Notes under the pieces: generated by a model
Database searches by the model: none
What the model saw: only the letters and a program-made list of their open reading frames with translations
Told to the model about the DNA's origin: nothing
Shown: positions 13,816 to 27,900 of the stretch, one piece after another
How positions within the stretch are numbered: position 1 is the first letter of the stretch
Layout: each line of letters begins with the position of its first letter
Assembly (NCBI GenBank): GCA_009602735.1
Contig: WELA01002166.1
Span: 43,891-107,890 of the forward strand
Source of the DNA: Mesotaenium endlicherianum
Taxonomy: Eukaryota
Reading direction: 5' to 3'
Length of the DNA: 64,000 nucleotides
Translations under genes and position numbers: made by a program

Positions 13816-15699
13816 GCGCGCACGCACGCATGCATGGGGAATCTTACTGGGCTCGTCTGCTCTCGGTTGAGATCTAGGGTTTGAGAATTATGATTAGGGT
13901 TTATGATTTAGTTTATGACTAGGAATTGCAGGCTCTGGGTTTATGACTGCTTTATTCTGGCGCCACCCCCGGGCTCCCAATGCACGCACTTTCCAGCATT
14001 GCATTTGACTTCTTCGAATTGAATTGTTGGCTATCAGTTTGTCGAGGATTTGGAGGATTCTGACTCGAGCGCCCGGGGTTGACCACTCAGAAGACGGAGT
14101 TGACCCGCTGACGTGGTCAAAGACCAACCATTGAGAAACAGCTGGGGAATGATTGACTGGCTACTGGAGGCGGGCTGAAGTCTATGCAACAGAGCTGAAA
14201 TGGGTTTTACAGTCCTGCTGCTTCCAATGTGCGCCAGTTGACGGCAGTGGGGCTGAGCGATGAACCTTCTCCAGGGTTAGGGTTCAGAGGTTTTAGGCAG
14301 CAAGAGGTCCAGGCCTGTGCCTCTCCCAAAGGTTTAAGTTTCGCAATGAGGGAGGTTTTAGAAGCAGGGGCAGACCAGATTGGCCCTGCAGGTTGACGAC
14401 TGTGCGCTCAAACGCACGGGTTGTTCAGCACCAAGCTAGGAGTTGTAGGGTTTGCATCCGTAGGTTTAAGGAGCGATGCACAGCTCACGTGCTCAGTCGC
14501 TGGGCTTGTCCATCATCGAGCCCCCTGGGAGCTGCACGTTTAGGGTTAAGCAGCGAGCACGGCATACTGGCTGAGACCGAGCAGGGTCTGAGGGTTGGTG
14601 TCACTTCCAGGGGCCAGGGGAGAGGGGGGGGGGGAGGGGAGGGGGACACTTTTGGCCTCAGGTGTCAGGGTTCAAGATAAACGCAATTCAGGGAACGGCG
14701 TTGGCACTGGAGAGCCCCAGAAGAGAAAAAAAAGGTATCCAGAACTACTAGCAGGGGTTTATGCAGGACAGGGCACATCTTGCTCCAATAGTGACTGCTT
14801 CTCCTCCCACCCCACTCTGGGTTCACCTAGTCCAGGGTCTATCCCCTGATTCAGGTCCTCTCCAGCTCAGACTCTATCTAGAAGCAGGTCTTTTTTAACC
14901 CCTTTTGTTTTTCTTTTTTCTTTGTTCTATTTTAATCCGAGAAGGGGCTCTTATGGTGCCATCTCCTTTAATGCCCTTGGATCTGACTGGGGCCAGAACC
15001 ATCAGAAGTCAGCACCATCAGAATCAATACTCTACGAGGTGCCTAATTCTCAAAAGCCTTCCCTCCTATGCGTTTTCGTGCAACCAACTAGATGCAGTAT
15101 CTCCTCCTCTGTGCATCCAGCATGTCGATAGAATATTTAGATTGGAAGAACAAGGGTGGTGGTGGTAGTGGTAGTGGTGGTGGTGGGGGTGGTGTTTTGG
15201 GGGGGGGGGATTCGTAAAGCCTAAAAGCCCCAGTCCCAGAAAGCCTAGGCTGGCCAGACATGCTCAATACAAGGAAGCTTTTCTCCTGTACTTCAAGAGT
15301 TTAGAAGACATGCTTGTGCTCACACACATCAGCCTTAAGCAAGAGGTGCGTCCATGCTACTTGCACCCTCAGAGCAGAAACTCATCTGACTTCAACTTTG
15401 CATGTGAATCTGTACCCATATGTATATTATGCACGTCCTCCTCCTTTTAGATGCAACTATTCTTGCCCGTGCATGACATCTCTTACTATATGCTGTCTTG
15501 CCTATGAAGCAACATCAGAAGCCAGGATAAGTGACAATGATGGCTCGAATAGACCAATCCATACGTGTGCATATGCTTAGTGCCCATCCTGTCGTGCTCC
15601 TCTTGTCCTCCAGAAAGAATATCGTCTAATCTTCAAGAAAAACTGAAAAAGAATATGCATTTTTTCTTGTCGACAAGTTAAGCGAGGTGGCCCGGTTAC

Positions 15700-15849
15700 C
15701 TTGACCTCGTGAGAGTTCAATCGACGGACCTGCTGTGGCCCCGTGTGGGGCACAGCAGGGAGTTTATGCCACAAGACCTGCTCCTTTGCTCGAGGCCCCA
15801 TTGCGAACGCTCTGGATGCTAATTCCCATGCTGCCCTCGGGATGCGCAT
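15700..15849 (-). CDS. Candidate first coding exon of TIM21 (presequence-like MRIPRAAWELASRAFAMGPRAK…)
   Basis: ATG at 15849, 50 codons, Arg/Ala-rich N-terminus and a phase-0 donor AAG|GTAACC compatible with the phase-0 acceptor at 12959. A competing start exists at ATG 13290 (MARGVTRSPVT). Confidence 0.4.
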
Positions 15850-17049
15850 ACTTCGTAAGAGAGAAAGAGGTCTATGAATATTTCTACTGAAAGGGAAAGA
15901 AGTAGTTCTCAGAAGGGTTCAGCCTCTTCAGCGACTGCTCAGCATCTAATCCCGGTCAATGGACACGTTAAATTTCCCAAGGCCCAATGTAAGGTTATTG
16001 ATACACGTACTAGCTCTACCACAATGTTTCTGCAGAAGTAACAACAAGAGCTTAGCTGTTCTACACATTGACCTCCTCTCCATGCATGATCGATGTCGAA
16101 GTTTGAGGGGACCAACATTTTCCCCTCACAAAGACCCTCTGAACGATCGCGACGAAATCAAGCGTCGAAACAGCGCGACGGCAGATGACGCTCGCAGTCG
16201 ACGCAGTGACCTCCCACCCTCCTTCCCTCCCTCCCTCCCCTCCACCATGCCCTAAGCCCTCTCCACCCACCCTCTCTAGCGCCCTCTCCCACGCCCCCCT
16301 CACAAGCTTCCTAGCGGCGCAGGCAAAGCTTTGCCTTGCTTTTGCTCGCCATGGCCGCTCACGGAAAGTCCTAAGGGCGCATTTAACCAAAAAAAAAAAA
16401 GCTTAATAAAGAAATAAATTATCTTCACCCTTTTTCGAGAATAGATAATTCATTGAAGCTTGATATTGTCACCATGTGTTGTTTCTAGGATGCGTACTTA
16501 AATCAACGTATATGTATTTCTTCACAACTTACACTTGACTAGCTTCCAATGGTGGACTTATGTGGAATTTTCCATTTTTCCATTTTTCAAAGATAGTACA
16601 AAAGATAATATTGTGTTGATTACAGACAACGCTTGAACTTGTCACATGTTGCACACACAAACAAAAATTTCCAACATCTGACTCTTGACTAAGCCTTTTG
16701 TGAAGGATTATGATGTCTAGCTTTACAATAGTAAGAATATCATTTCAAGTTGTAAGGAAGTGCACAAAGTGTTATGAACTTTTATTTGGAAGTGGAAAAA
16801 GTACCTCACAAAGGACAGTGGGCTTTTGCCAATTGAAAGAAGCACATTGAGATTTGATTAATCAAAAAAGGAAGAAGATTTTACTATTTACGTATTTTAT
16901 TTTTTGATTTTTTTTTACATACACAAACATAGGGATGGTAAGAGGCGAGAAGGGAAACCGTGAGTTAGTGTTATTCCAAGTGCGTTTATTTTTATGTTCT
17001 TTCATTGTCCCATAGGCGACAAAAAATTCATGGTTCAACTAGTAACCAA

Positions 17050-19400
17050 ATGCACCCAACAATATCATCGAACATACACAATGATGCATACCACAATGTT
17101 CTTTACAAATCTCTACCTGTGTACCCAACAATATCATCAAATTATGCACAATGATCTCCATAAAGTTCTAATTCAAATCCCAAGTTGCCGAGTCAATTTT
17201 ATACTACTTATTAAGTGCTTTTGGTCTAATGAAAAAAGAAAAATCATCATGAGATAAAAAATGTAACACTTTTTCAACTTGCATGATCTTTCTGTCCATA
17301 AGCTCTGTGAGTACTTCGTTGACCAGTGCAAAAAATGTAACGTGTCTATTACGATGTCGCTCAACATCTCTTTAAATCAAATTTTAAATAGGAATTTTTT
17401 TTGTCAGGTCTTGGAAAGGAGCTCCACCAAAAAGGCGACGATGGCTGAGACTGCACAACCACAATATTTAGCTTTTCCAATTTTTTCTGTCCTGTGTACT
17501 TGCAAAACATGTTTTCAACTTGAACCTTAAAGTTATGGACAAACTCGTAGCCCATTATAATTATGCCATTTTCAACCATGGTGTGCGAGATTTTTTTCTC
17601 AAATGCAGACGTAAATTTCTACGACACCATTATCAAGTAACCGGAAGAACCCTTTGTGATGTACCTTAATGCATATCAATAAATATCGTATTCTTGATAT
17701 TTTTTTATGCGTTTCAATCAACACTGTTCGAAATACTACCTCCCATTTTGAGACTTCTTTAAAAGATGATCACTTTCAAGTTGAACATTTTGAGTTTATG
17801 TCGTTCTTTCAATTCTTAATGCACTTAGATATCCACAAGAACTTAGTTAGCTTATTATAAGTTCCAAATATTTGTGAACAAATTGCAATATGACACATGA
17901 CAACATGCACATGAGAATTTATGAAGTGTTGTTTTGCGTATATTTAAACAATTATTCTAGTAAAAAAAGTCAGAACCAATACATTAATAATAAAGATTCA
18001 AGTGACCAAAATTTGTTTTTGTTTGAACTCTCAAAATTTATTTTATTAATGCAAACGATTTACGTGCAAAAAAAAATTAAATTGACGTTGTTTACCAATT
18101 AACGTATGTACAAGAAAAAATGGATTTACATTGTTTATCAATTAGAGCCCGATCACTATCAACTACAATCAATCAAGGTTGATAACAAATTTTTAAATTT
18201 TACATGGTTGACAGAGCATTGGTCAAAGTTTTTTTTATTTTCAAGTTCAACTTTGCCGCCAAAAAAATGAAAATTCTAGTATCCTTCTACTATCTTTTTG
18301 TGTCAATTCCACACACATTTTTAATTTTCTTCTTTGTTTTTTTCAATAATTACAATCATACAAATAGCTTAAAACATATTGGTCTTTTTATACTACTAGT
18401 GTGTCAATTTTCCAAGACCCATGATTTTTTTGGAAAAATCGTAAATTGTACTTGTAGTTTTCGTCTTACAAAGGTTTTTTTTGTTTTTTGAAAATGTGTT
18501 TTAAATATTTTTGGTCATTGTCTTTGTCACAAAATGTTCTATTCAAAAAATGAAATTTGATCTTTTCTCTTTACATCGTGAAAACCAAGAGCTCGTATAA
18601 TGACAACAATATGGCTAGTAAAATTACTTATTTTTTTTAGAATTACACGTATAACACGATAAAAATTTCAAGAAATAACTAATTAACAACATGCTTCGTG
18701 ACGACAAGCCATACATTACTTTTTTGTCGCGAAATCATTGTGGTGCAGACTACCGTTGCCAATTCAACCCTCAAAGGGAATGTAACTTTCTGTAGGTGGG
18801 CAGGCGGGGAGGTTCGTTCATCGAATCGTATATAATGATGCACAACACAATGCTCTTCAAAAAATTATACAGAAGTACCCAATAATAGCATCAAATTGTA
18901 ATAGCACAATTTTTTTATAAACTTCTATTTTTGATCTCGATTTGTCAAGTCAATTTTATACTAACTGCCAAGTGTTTTTACTCCAATGAAAAAAAACAAA
19001 GATCACCATGAAATTCAAAATATAATAATTTTTTAGTGAACCTTCTGCCCATAAACATTGTGAATGCTTTGTTAACTGTGTAGGTGAAAGATGTTTTCAA
19101 CCTGAACTTTAAAATCATGGAAAAAGATGGAACTCATGATAATTGTGCTATTTTCAACCATGACGTGTGAGATATTTTCTCAAATGAAAACGTAAATTTC
19201 CACGACACCACTATCAAATTATCGCAAATGCTCATCTTTTGTGATATGTCTTGATACATATGACTTCAAATTTTATAGCTCACTTTTTTAATATGTTCTA
19301 ATCAACATTGTTCAAAATACTACCTTCTACTTCAAAATTTCTTCAAAAATGACCACTTTCAAATAAATCACTTTGAGTTCATGTCGTTTCTCATGACTCA
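17050..19400. repeat. Two diverged direct copies (about 17050-17830 and 18820-19400) of an AT-rich dispersed repeat; inverted fragment at about 33450-33620
   Basis: Colinear shared blocks, e.g. CAAATG.A.ACGTAAATTTC.ACGACACCA.TATCAA near 17600 and 19180. GAGGTAGTATTT.GAA at about 33535 is the reverse complement of the block near 17730. Confidence 0.7.
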
Positions 19401-22400
19401 ACTTATAAAATTCAATGTCAAGAAGTGAAATTTACAAAAAAAATTGTGGCTAAGGTCTTGGCGGCCCTACCCCTATTTTTTGTTTTAGAAAACAATTTTT
19501 TGGTACATCAAAATAAACAAGTCTGCAAGCAGCTGGATTTCCAAGATTAATTTGTTTTACACTAGAATAGTGCTCTTTGTTGACTTGAATACTTAGATAT
19601 AATATATATATATATATATACATATATATATTTTTTTTTTGTTGTGGTAACTTGGAATTGGTCGCCATCATGAATCACTATCATATCTTATTATGTTTTT
19701 TATATAATGATGGTGACCAAAAGACTTTTTAGAAAATTATAATTATTGAATATTTTGTTTCCATGTATTGTACAATATACGTACATGTGAACAAAAGTAG
19801 AGCCATCACTTTTTTCATGATGTTCCATAAAAATTTTAGCTTCATTTTTTTCATTTACGCTGATGGGTGAAGTCCCATTGTCTATAAAAACATTCTTTTT
19901 CCTTTTGGCAAAAAGTCAATATTGACCTCTTGTTACAAGTACCAGCTTGCATCACATGATTATTTTAAAGTATTTAGAATATAATCCATCCATACATTTG
20001 TACAAGTATAATAATTAGATTTTTTAAACATATAGATAAACGTTGAATCTCAAAATGCATTATCAATAATCAAAAATCATCCGTAATATATAACTTGAAG
20101 GAGAAAAAAAAAAATTGAAAAAAAAAAAAACAAATAAAAACAAAACGTTAGAATTGACATCAAATATTTCGACATGTGGTAACATCTTTTAGTCCATAAA
20201 TCACTCCTTATTCTACTTGAACTTGTCAATTTACATAGTAAGTAGGGCAAATTATGACTAAAATATTTTAAAAAAAAAATTGACTTAACACATTTATGAA
20301 AAAATTTGGTAAATATTATTCATATGGTTTTTTGCTGAAGTTAAAATTTATGTATTATAAAACATTCAGCAATATTTAGCTTAGATGCCACAAAAGTAGC
20401 ATGATTGTTCATATATATGATCTTTAAGATTGGCAATTTTCACTGACAGATTTTGCAGCTTTACTCATGACCTACTTTTACTTTCTATTTGATAAAATTA
20501 AAAATAATTCACAAAATTTTTACTTCAACATAAACAACACCTCTAATTCCCTCCACTTTTTTTCTTTGTCGAGAGGTACGGGCACAAATTATAAGTGGCA
20601 CTGCAACAAGAATCTTCTTTTTTTCCATCTTCCAAATGGTAAATTTACAATTCGATTCAATAAAAAGAAAAAAATTCATCATTTTTCAAACATAATCATG
20701 CACTATGTCATTTAATAATCATGCGCTATGTCAAAAAGTGAATACACAATAATTTTGACAAAATTTTTTATACATTTTCAATATTTAAAATTGTCAACAA
20801 AATCAAATCTGCACACTTAATTTGTGAATTAATCAACGTAATCCATGATTCAAACAATATATCATTTTTAGATGAATGTTGCATTTAACAAGCATTATTT
20901 ATCATATGATATCTTGGATTTTAATTGTCAATAAAATATTAAAATGAACAAATAATGTTTACTTATTTTATTTACAAATAATATAATAATTTTTCAGTCA
21001 TGATTCATCAGAAGTATATTTGTTTTCATTCAAAGAGTGAATAAATATATATTTTTGTATGATTGTTTTTAATAATATTAATATTTGAATTTGTTCACAT
21101 TATTAAATTTACACATTCAATTTGTAAAATGATCAATGTTATCCATAATCAATAAAATAAAAATAAATAATATATAAGTATAATTGGAAATATAATTTTT
21201 TTCAACAATCGCGATTGAAATATTGTTGTTGAGATATCTAAATCGTCTGAAATAACAAGTGTTTTTGTCATATCAACAATTGTTTTTTTGATAAGTGTTT
21301 TAAATGAATAATAACTTGTGAGTTTTAATTTACTAAATGAATTGTTATCATATTTGATAGATTCAAAGCTGGTATAAGATCAATAATATATTTTAAATAA
21401 TTTTATTTTTAAACCAAATAAACGCGTTTTAAATTTAAAATCACTTTTTTAAAGTACGTTATTGTGTAGTATTTGTGTTTTTCACATTAATCTCTTTACA
21501 TTTAATTATTTTTATATCTATTAGATTATATTTTTAAATATATACGATGTACATTTGATTTTACTGTAGCGTGTCTTTGAAAATTACCGCTCTATTATAA
21601 TTTTGTTTTGTTTACACTTTCAAAATTGCTCGCGCATAAATTAAAACTTTTATTTTTTTTTCTAATTGTTCACATTCAAATAACATCATTCAAATAACAT
21701 AATTAAAAAATACTCACAGTGGCTTATACGTGTTTATTGAGTACATACGATGTGCTGCTGGCATCTAAAATGCATATGTTAATGTATTTAATGAACTTTA
21801 TTTTGTCTGATTCTCTAAATTAATTGGTTTTTTTTGAAAGTTATGTGTCAAGTTTAGATTTGACTAGATTGTAATTTTGACACGTTTTAATCACTTCTAG
21901 TATTGCTGCTTCATAGCTCCCTACCAAAAAAACACTTTGACACTTATTACTTTTTACACTTTCTATACAAACATTCTTTAATTTGTAGATTTTGACATCA
22001 ATTGTTTATGGTTATTTTTATACCTCTAATCAAATTGATAAAATATATGTGTAATTATGTTTTTAAATTTTTTTTTTTAATACCTTTACTTGTAATCAAC
22101 ACAATATCATAAATAATCGATTATTTTTTTTAAATTATGAGATCTTATTATGGAAAAAACACTTTCATTGACGTGCAAATGGCAAAATCTTATCGTTTGA
22201 AATTACATAGTGTCAATTCAATTGTTATTATGTGCGTAAATACCATAAATATTAGATTTCATTCAATTTATGACATGTGCGCAGTAACGTAATTTTTTTT
22301 GTGTTATTTGACGATCATTTTATGGTGCAAGTGTAGAATTTTACTTGTACAATTATTCACATTTAAGTCGGTTTGGTGAAGAATTTTTGGTACATTACAA

Positions 22401-22575
22401 TGTACATACATTATATTTTCAATTTGTATACATAAATATATCGATTTTAAGTGACAAATTCTGATGATTAAAACATGCATGATTTAAGTATTTTGAGATT
22501 ACATAGTATTGATTTAATTTTGAATATGCGTTTATGTAGTGTTTAACATTTGGATTCTAACACGTGCTTGTCAGC

Positions 22576-22995
22576 TTAATATTCGACTTCCTCGTTGAAG
22601 ACGGCCATCACTGCCTCCAACTCCCTTCTTGTAAAAAATGTGTATAATACTTGGATTTGGAATTCACCCGCTAGGTACATTGTGGATTTATCCATGACGT
22701 TGTCCAACGCTGCCCCACGACCAGCCTCTTTAACATCCGTGGATAATATTGTATATGGAGAATTGTGAGAACGCATCGGTGCTCCATTAAATACGTCGAA
22801 AGAATCATGTGGACAAAATTTCTTGTTCGTGCCTATGGAGAGGCTTACTGCCTGCTTCCATTTGTGCAAATTATTAATAACTTGAAACATATATATGGTG
22901 TAGATATTCGCAATTGCGCCAATGACGAATGGCATATAAATGATATGGTGAGCCGTAGCCGTCACCTTCCTAACCGGAGTTGTTTGCATGTGCAA
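22576..22995 (-). pseudogene. Unidentified ORF or gene relic (139 aa) in the AT-rich island
   Basis: Locally higher GC than its flanks and a protein-like C-terminal half (DVKEAGRGAALDNVMDKSTMYLAGEFQIQVLYTFFTRRELEAVMAVFNEE). No family recognised. Confidence 0.3.
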
Positions 22996-23375
22996 GGCTC
23001 TATCTAGGACATACTAGATGGTGTCAATTAGCAAACTTTTTTACCTTAATCGATATAAATTTACATCCGTTTGTATTGATGACTCATCTCAACAAACGAG
23101 AGCACTTTAGTGCGTTTTTTTCGTGTTTAACACAAAGCCAGCGATCTCAAGTCCCCACAACATTCGTTGCATTCGTATAGCATGCTTTTCTTGACTTAGA
23201 CATGCAATGATAAAATTGTCTATAGTAGGTAGCAAATAAACGCCTGAACTTCTAAGTTTGCCAAATTAGCTCTTTTACCATTCTCGCAAAACACGTACGG
23301 GACTAATGCCAACCCAGATAGTAAATACATAAAAATGTATATTTGCCCAAAGAGTTCAAATTCTGAGTACCGTTT

Positions 23376-23565
23376 AAAATTGGGATAGACTCGAACGTGG
23401 TGATACTCAAACTTCAAGTCAAACGAGAACATGTAATCCCTTTGTTATCATATATCAGCTAAATTACTGTTCAAAATTGGGATAAACTCAAACGTGATGA
23501 TACTCAAACTTTAAGTCAACGAGAACAAATAATCCCCTTGTTACAATATATCAACTAAATTATTC
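23376..23565. repeat. Tandem duplication, 2 x about 97 bp
   Basis: AAAATTGGGATA.ACTC.AACGTG.TGATACTCAAACTT.AAGTCAA at 23376 and 23473. Confidence 0.85.
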
Positions 23566-23648
23566 AAATTTTTGTGAAGGCATTTACGTGTCTAAGGTTG
23601 TGAATCAAACGTAATTTTTGCCTAAGGCCACATTCAAGGGGCACATAT

Positions 23649-24150
23649 TGTAGTGAAACAGATAGATGAAGTACTTAGTGAAATATAATACTTTATCTAT
23701 TCAAGACAAGGATCTTTGAACACAAGTGGTAGCTTCTTGAAAGAGAGATGGCTTCTTGAAACTTAATATATTTCTGGGTTTTGGCAAGTACAAGAGTGAT
23801 TCTCCAATGTCTTTCGATGTTCTAGCTCTTGTTTATATACTTGTTACATAAGTAATTCTAGGTAAGGGTATGTTGATGTGTTGGCACCCAACACATCCCA
23901 AAACTTGCCACCTCTTTCTAGAATAATGTACACATGTCTTTTTGACCTAAAAATGGCACATTTGACTTCTGCCACATGGAGTTCTTCTAGGTCTTTCCTC
24001 TAACTTCGAAAATGCCTTGGAAGGTTCAAAGGACATGAACCAAGTTACTAGAGTACCTATTCACACTTGACTCCACACAATACTACTCCAAATATATTTG
24101 AAAACATTAAAATATATGCAAACTAATATATAATAACTCAAATCACTACA
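23649..24150 (-). repeat. 3' LTR of copy A (502 bp)
   Basis: TG…CA ends; preceded on the minus strand by the polypurine tract GGGGGGGTGA (24160-24151). Confidence 0.97.
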
Positions 24151-24187
24151 TCACCCCCCCGATAGAAAAAGCGACGTCTCGGCGCGT

Positions 24188-24316
24188 CAAGTCAGGTCTT
24201 ACACATGTGGAGCAAACTAGTCAACAGTTTCAAGTCAGATGCCACACATGTGAAGAGGACTAGTCAAAGGCGCCAAGTCAGGTGCTACACATGTAAGGTA
24301 GACTAAGCAAGGTCGT
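24188..24316. repeat. 3 x 43-bp tandem repeat in the 3' UTR of copy A
   Basis: CAAGTCAG…ACACATGT…ACTAGTCAA units starting at 24188, 24231 and 24274; the same array occurs in copy B at about 51335-51462. Confidence 0.85.
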
Positions 24317-24907
24317 AGGTGGTGTGACCTTATTGGCTAGCCTACTCCTTAATGATAAAGAAAATTGTACAAGTTGGCCCAGAATCTGCCACGAATTCAA
24401 AAATTCAAAGCGTCCACAGAACTGCTCCAAATCTAAAAATTTGAGTGCCAGACAGATCGTGTCCGAGTCACCAAATTTGAGAGCATTCTAATTTCTGGAG
24501 TGTCGTTGAGAGCTGAGAGAGTAGGTACTCCTCCAAATCTGTGCAGAATTTTCTGAAAATCATAAGTCCTTCTATGCTTCTCCAAATGCTTTAAACTAAA
24601 TCTCAAACTGGGCGCTGTAAGATGTTCTACCAGAGTCTTGAGTTTCAGAGCATTCCAAGTTCAGGGGAGGGCACAATGTCAGAAGGCATATTCTGCCCTA
24701 ACAATGCCAGCAGCCTGACCCCCTTCTACTTAGAGCATCATATCTCTCTCACCAGTGCTCCAAATTGAGCAAACTTGGACTCTAAATGACCGGCTACTCA
24801 TGGACTACAGCCAGGTAAATTTTCAGAATTTATTATGCAGAGACCTATTACCAGTAGCAGTTTTAGTTTTCTGTCCAGAAACTGCAAGAAGAGAAAAGTG
24901 TCTCATG

Positions 24908-27900
24908 TCAGTTTTTCTTCTTTGTGGTTCTTGCAGGCTGCCTCCAAGGGGTCATCTGCTGCTTCTTGATGGTGGCAGGCTGCCTCCCTGAAGTCTCCGG
25001 GCTTCTAGTAGAGAGACTTGGGGCTGGTCCAAGATGGGGGTTGGCGGTATGGAAGCGCTTCAACTTTCGTTGAACTTTGTCAAGGTAGTGCGCCGCCACC
25101 CAACTATTCTCCGAATCTGGATATCCTTTCCACTTGATCAAGTATTGCTGCTGTCTCCTGAAATTTCTCATAGCCACTATGTCTTCCACTTCGTACTCCA
25201 AATGATCATCCACTATTGTTGGGGCTGGTGGGGTTGTCACACGTCCTAGGAACTTGTTGTCGGGTTGCACATATGACTTGAAGAGGGAAGCGTGGAATAC
25301 GGGGTCGATGTGCATAGTTTGGGGAAGTTCTAGCTTGAAAGCAACGGGGTTGACTTGCTGGATAATCTTGAAGGGTCCCAAATACTTGGGAGAGAACTTG
25401 CTGCCGGCAGGCCTGTAGTTCAGGGAAATGTTCTTGGATGATAGTAACACGTTGTCACCCACTCTGTACGTAATTTCTCTTCTGGATCTGTTCGCCACTC
25501 TTGCTTGAGCATCTTGCGCGTGTTGTAGAGCTTTCTTCGCTGCTGTAAGGGCTGCTTCTAATGTCTCCATAAAATCTGTGGCTGCAGGTACTTCATCATG
25601 GCCAGCCGTGAAGCTCAGTGGCGTGGTCGGATGGAAGCCATAGTTGAGGAAGAATGGGGACTCTTGGGTAGAGGCCTGCGTAGTGTTGTTGTAGGCAAAC
25701 TCGAGGGGGGTCAAGTACATGTCCCAGTCTTGCTCGAGGGTAGACACGTAGGCCTTTAGAGAGGTCTTTAGGGTACGATTCATACGCTCGGTTTGCCCAT
25801 CTGATTGTGGGTGGTAGGCAGTAGACATATCCAGCGATGTACCCAAGTTCTTGAAGAGATTTTTCCAGAAATGGCTTGTGAATCTTGGATCTCTATCTGA
25901 CACAATTCTTGATGGTAGTCCATGGAGTCGGAAGATGTTGTCAAAGATGAGTCTTGCAAGTTGTGGTGCTGTAGCCTTAGTCGTCGTGGGAATAAAATGA
26001 GCCATCTTGGTAAGTCTGTCCACCACCGTGAGTATTGCATTATGGCCTCGAGGTGTCACGGGCAAGTCCACGATAAGGTCCATTGAGATGTCCGTCCATT
26101 GTCTTTCGGGGATTGGTAGTGGTTGGAGGAGTCCTCCCGCCTTTTGCGATGATGGCTTGATTCTTTGGCATGTGTCACAGCTCCTGCAGTACTCCTTGAC
26201 TTGCTTAGACATGCCTGGCCAACAATAAGTCCTAGCTAGAACGCCCGTGGTCCTTAGGATTCCAAAGTGTCCTCCAAGAGGGTTGTCGTGTGCTTCTCGT
26301 AGAAGCAAGAGCCGGAGGTCTATGTCATTAGGAACACATCTCTGGCCCGTATCTTGCCTCACCCAATAATTGCCTTCTTGCTTCTTGCATGGGTCCAAGG
26401 CTGCTTCTCCGTTCTTGTAGTAAGGGTCTCTTTCATAGGTGGCTGAAAATCGAGCATCCAGATCTGTCTGCAGGGATACCATCACTGCATTTAATTGCAG
26501 TCTTGAGAGAGGGTCAGCCGGGTTTGTCTTGCCAGGCTGGTAATGAATCGTGATGTTGTATTGTTGCAAGTATCCGCTCCATCTTGCTTGTCTCCTTGAG
26601 AGATACGGCTGCGTCTGGAGGTGCTTTAACGCCTCGTGGTCCGTGGTGACCAGTACTTTGCGTCCTTCAACGTAGCAGCGCCAAACCTTCAAGGCATGTA
26701 CAATCGCCAATGCCTCTCGCTCCGTGGTTGTATAATTTTGCTCGGCTGGATTTAGCTTCCTTGACTCGTAGGCGATGGGCTGCAGTCCCTTGCCTTGGTC
26801 TTGAAGCAGGATTGCTCCTATTGCATAGGAAGATGCATCGGTGATGACGTGGAAGGGCCAATCTGGGTTTGGACTTGGGAGTGTGAGCACCGGGGATGTG
26901 GTCAATCTTCGCTTTAACTCTTGAAATGCCTCTTCCTCTTTCTCGGTCCATGTATATAGCCTGTCCTTCTTGAGTAGATCTGTCAGGGGGGCTGCTATGT
27001 GCGAGAAGCCTTGGATGAATTTTCTGTACCAATTGGCAAATCCCAAGAATGACTGGAGTTCTTTCTTGGTCGTGGGGGTTGGCCATTCCTCCACCACCGT
27101 GGTCTTCTTGGGGTCCATCTTGATGCCATCAGCAGTCACGTGGAGACCTAGGAACTCCACTTCTTGTTTGGCAAACTCGCACTTTGACTCCTTCGCAAAT
27201 AGCTTGTTTTGCTTCAATACTTCAAGGACTTCTTTCAAGTGTCTCGCATGCTCTTCAAGGGTCTTGCTGTAGATAAGGATGTCATCGATGAATACCACCA
27301 CAAATCTGTCCAACATGGGCTGAAATATGGTGTTCATCATAGTCATGAAAGTTGCTGGCGCGTTGGTGAGTCCAAATGGCAGGACCATGAACTCAAAATG
27401 TCCATATCTTGTCCTGAATGCCGTCTTCTCTATGTCCGGTTCTGCGATGCGAATCTGGTGGTAGCCGCTCCGTAAGTCAATCTTCGTGAAGTACTTGGCT
27501 CCAACCAGCCGGTCCATGAGCTCATCCATGCGCGGCAGCGGGTATCGATTCTTGATGGTGATCTTGTTGAGGGCGCGATAGTCCACACACATCCTCAAGG
27601 TACCATCTTTCTTCTTGACAAATAGCACCGGGGCTCCAAATGGCGACTTGCTAGGTCGAATGAAGCCATGCTCCAGTAGCTCCTTGATTTGCTTCTTGAC
27701 TTCGTCTAGCTCCGTGTATGACATTTTGAACGTAGGCCGAGAGATGGGCTTGCTTCCGGGCTCCAACTCTATCTTGTGGTCTACGAATCTTTTGGGGGGT
27801 AGGCCCTTGGGCAATTCCGGGGAGAACACTTCTTTGTAGTCCTCTAAGACTTCTTGTATCTCCTTGGGAACGGGGCTGCCTTCTTGACTCTCGATGTCTT

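Noticed and set aside
13894..14600. Additional TIM21 5' exons
   Set aside because: Splice-like sites exist but I could not build a convincing phase-consistent chain; transcript data are needed.
15729..15759. Strong 13-bp hairpin as a Helitron 3' end
   Set aside because: No CTRR terminus at the expected distance on either strand, and it lies in a candidate coding exon.
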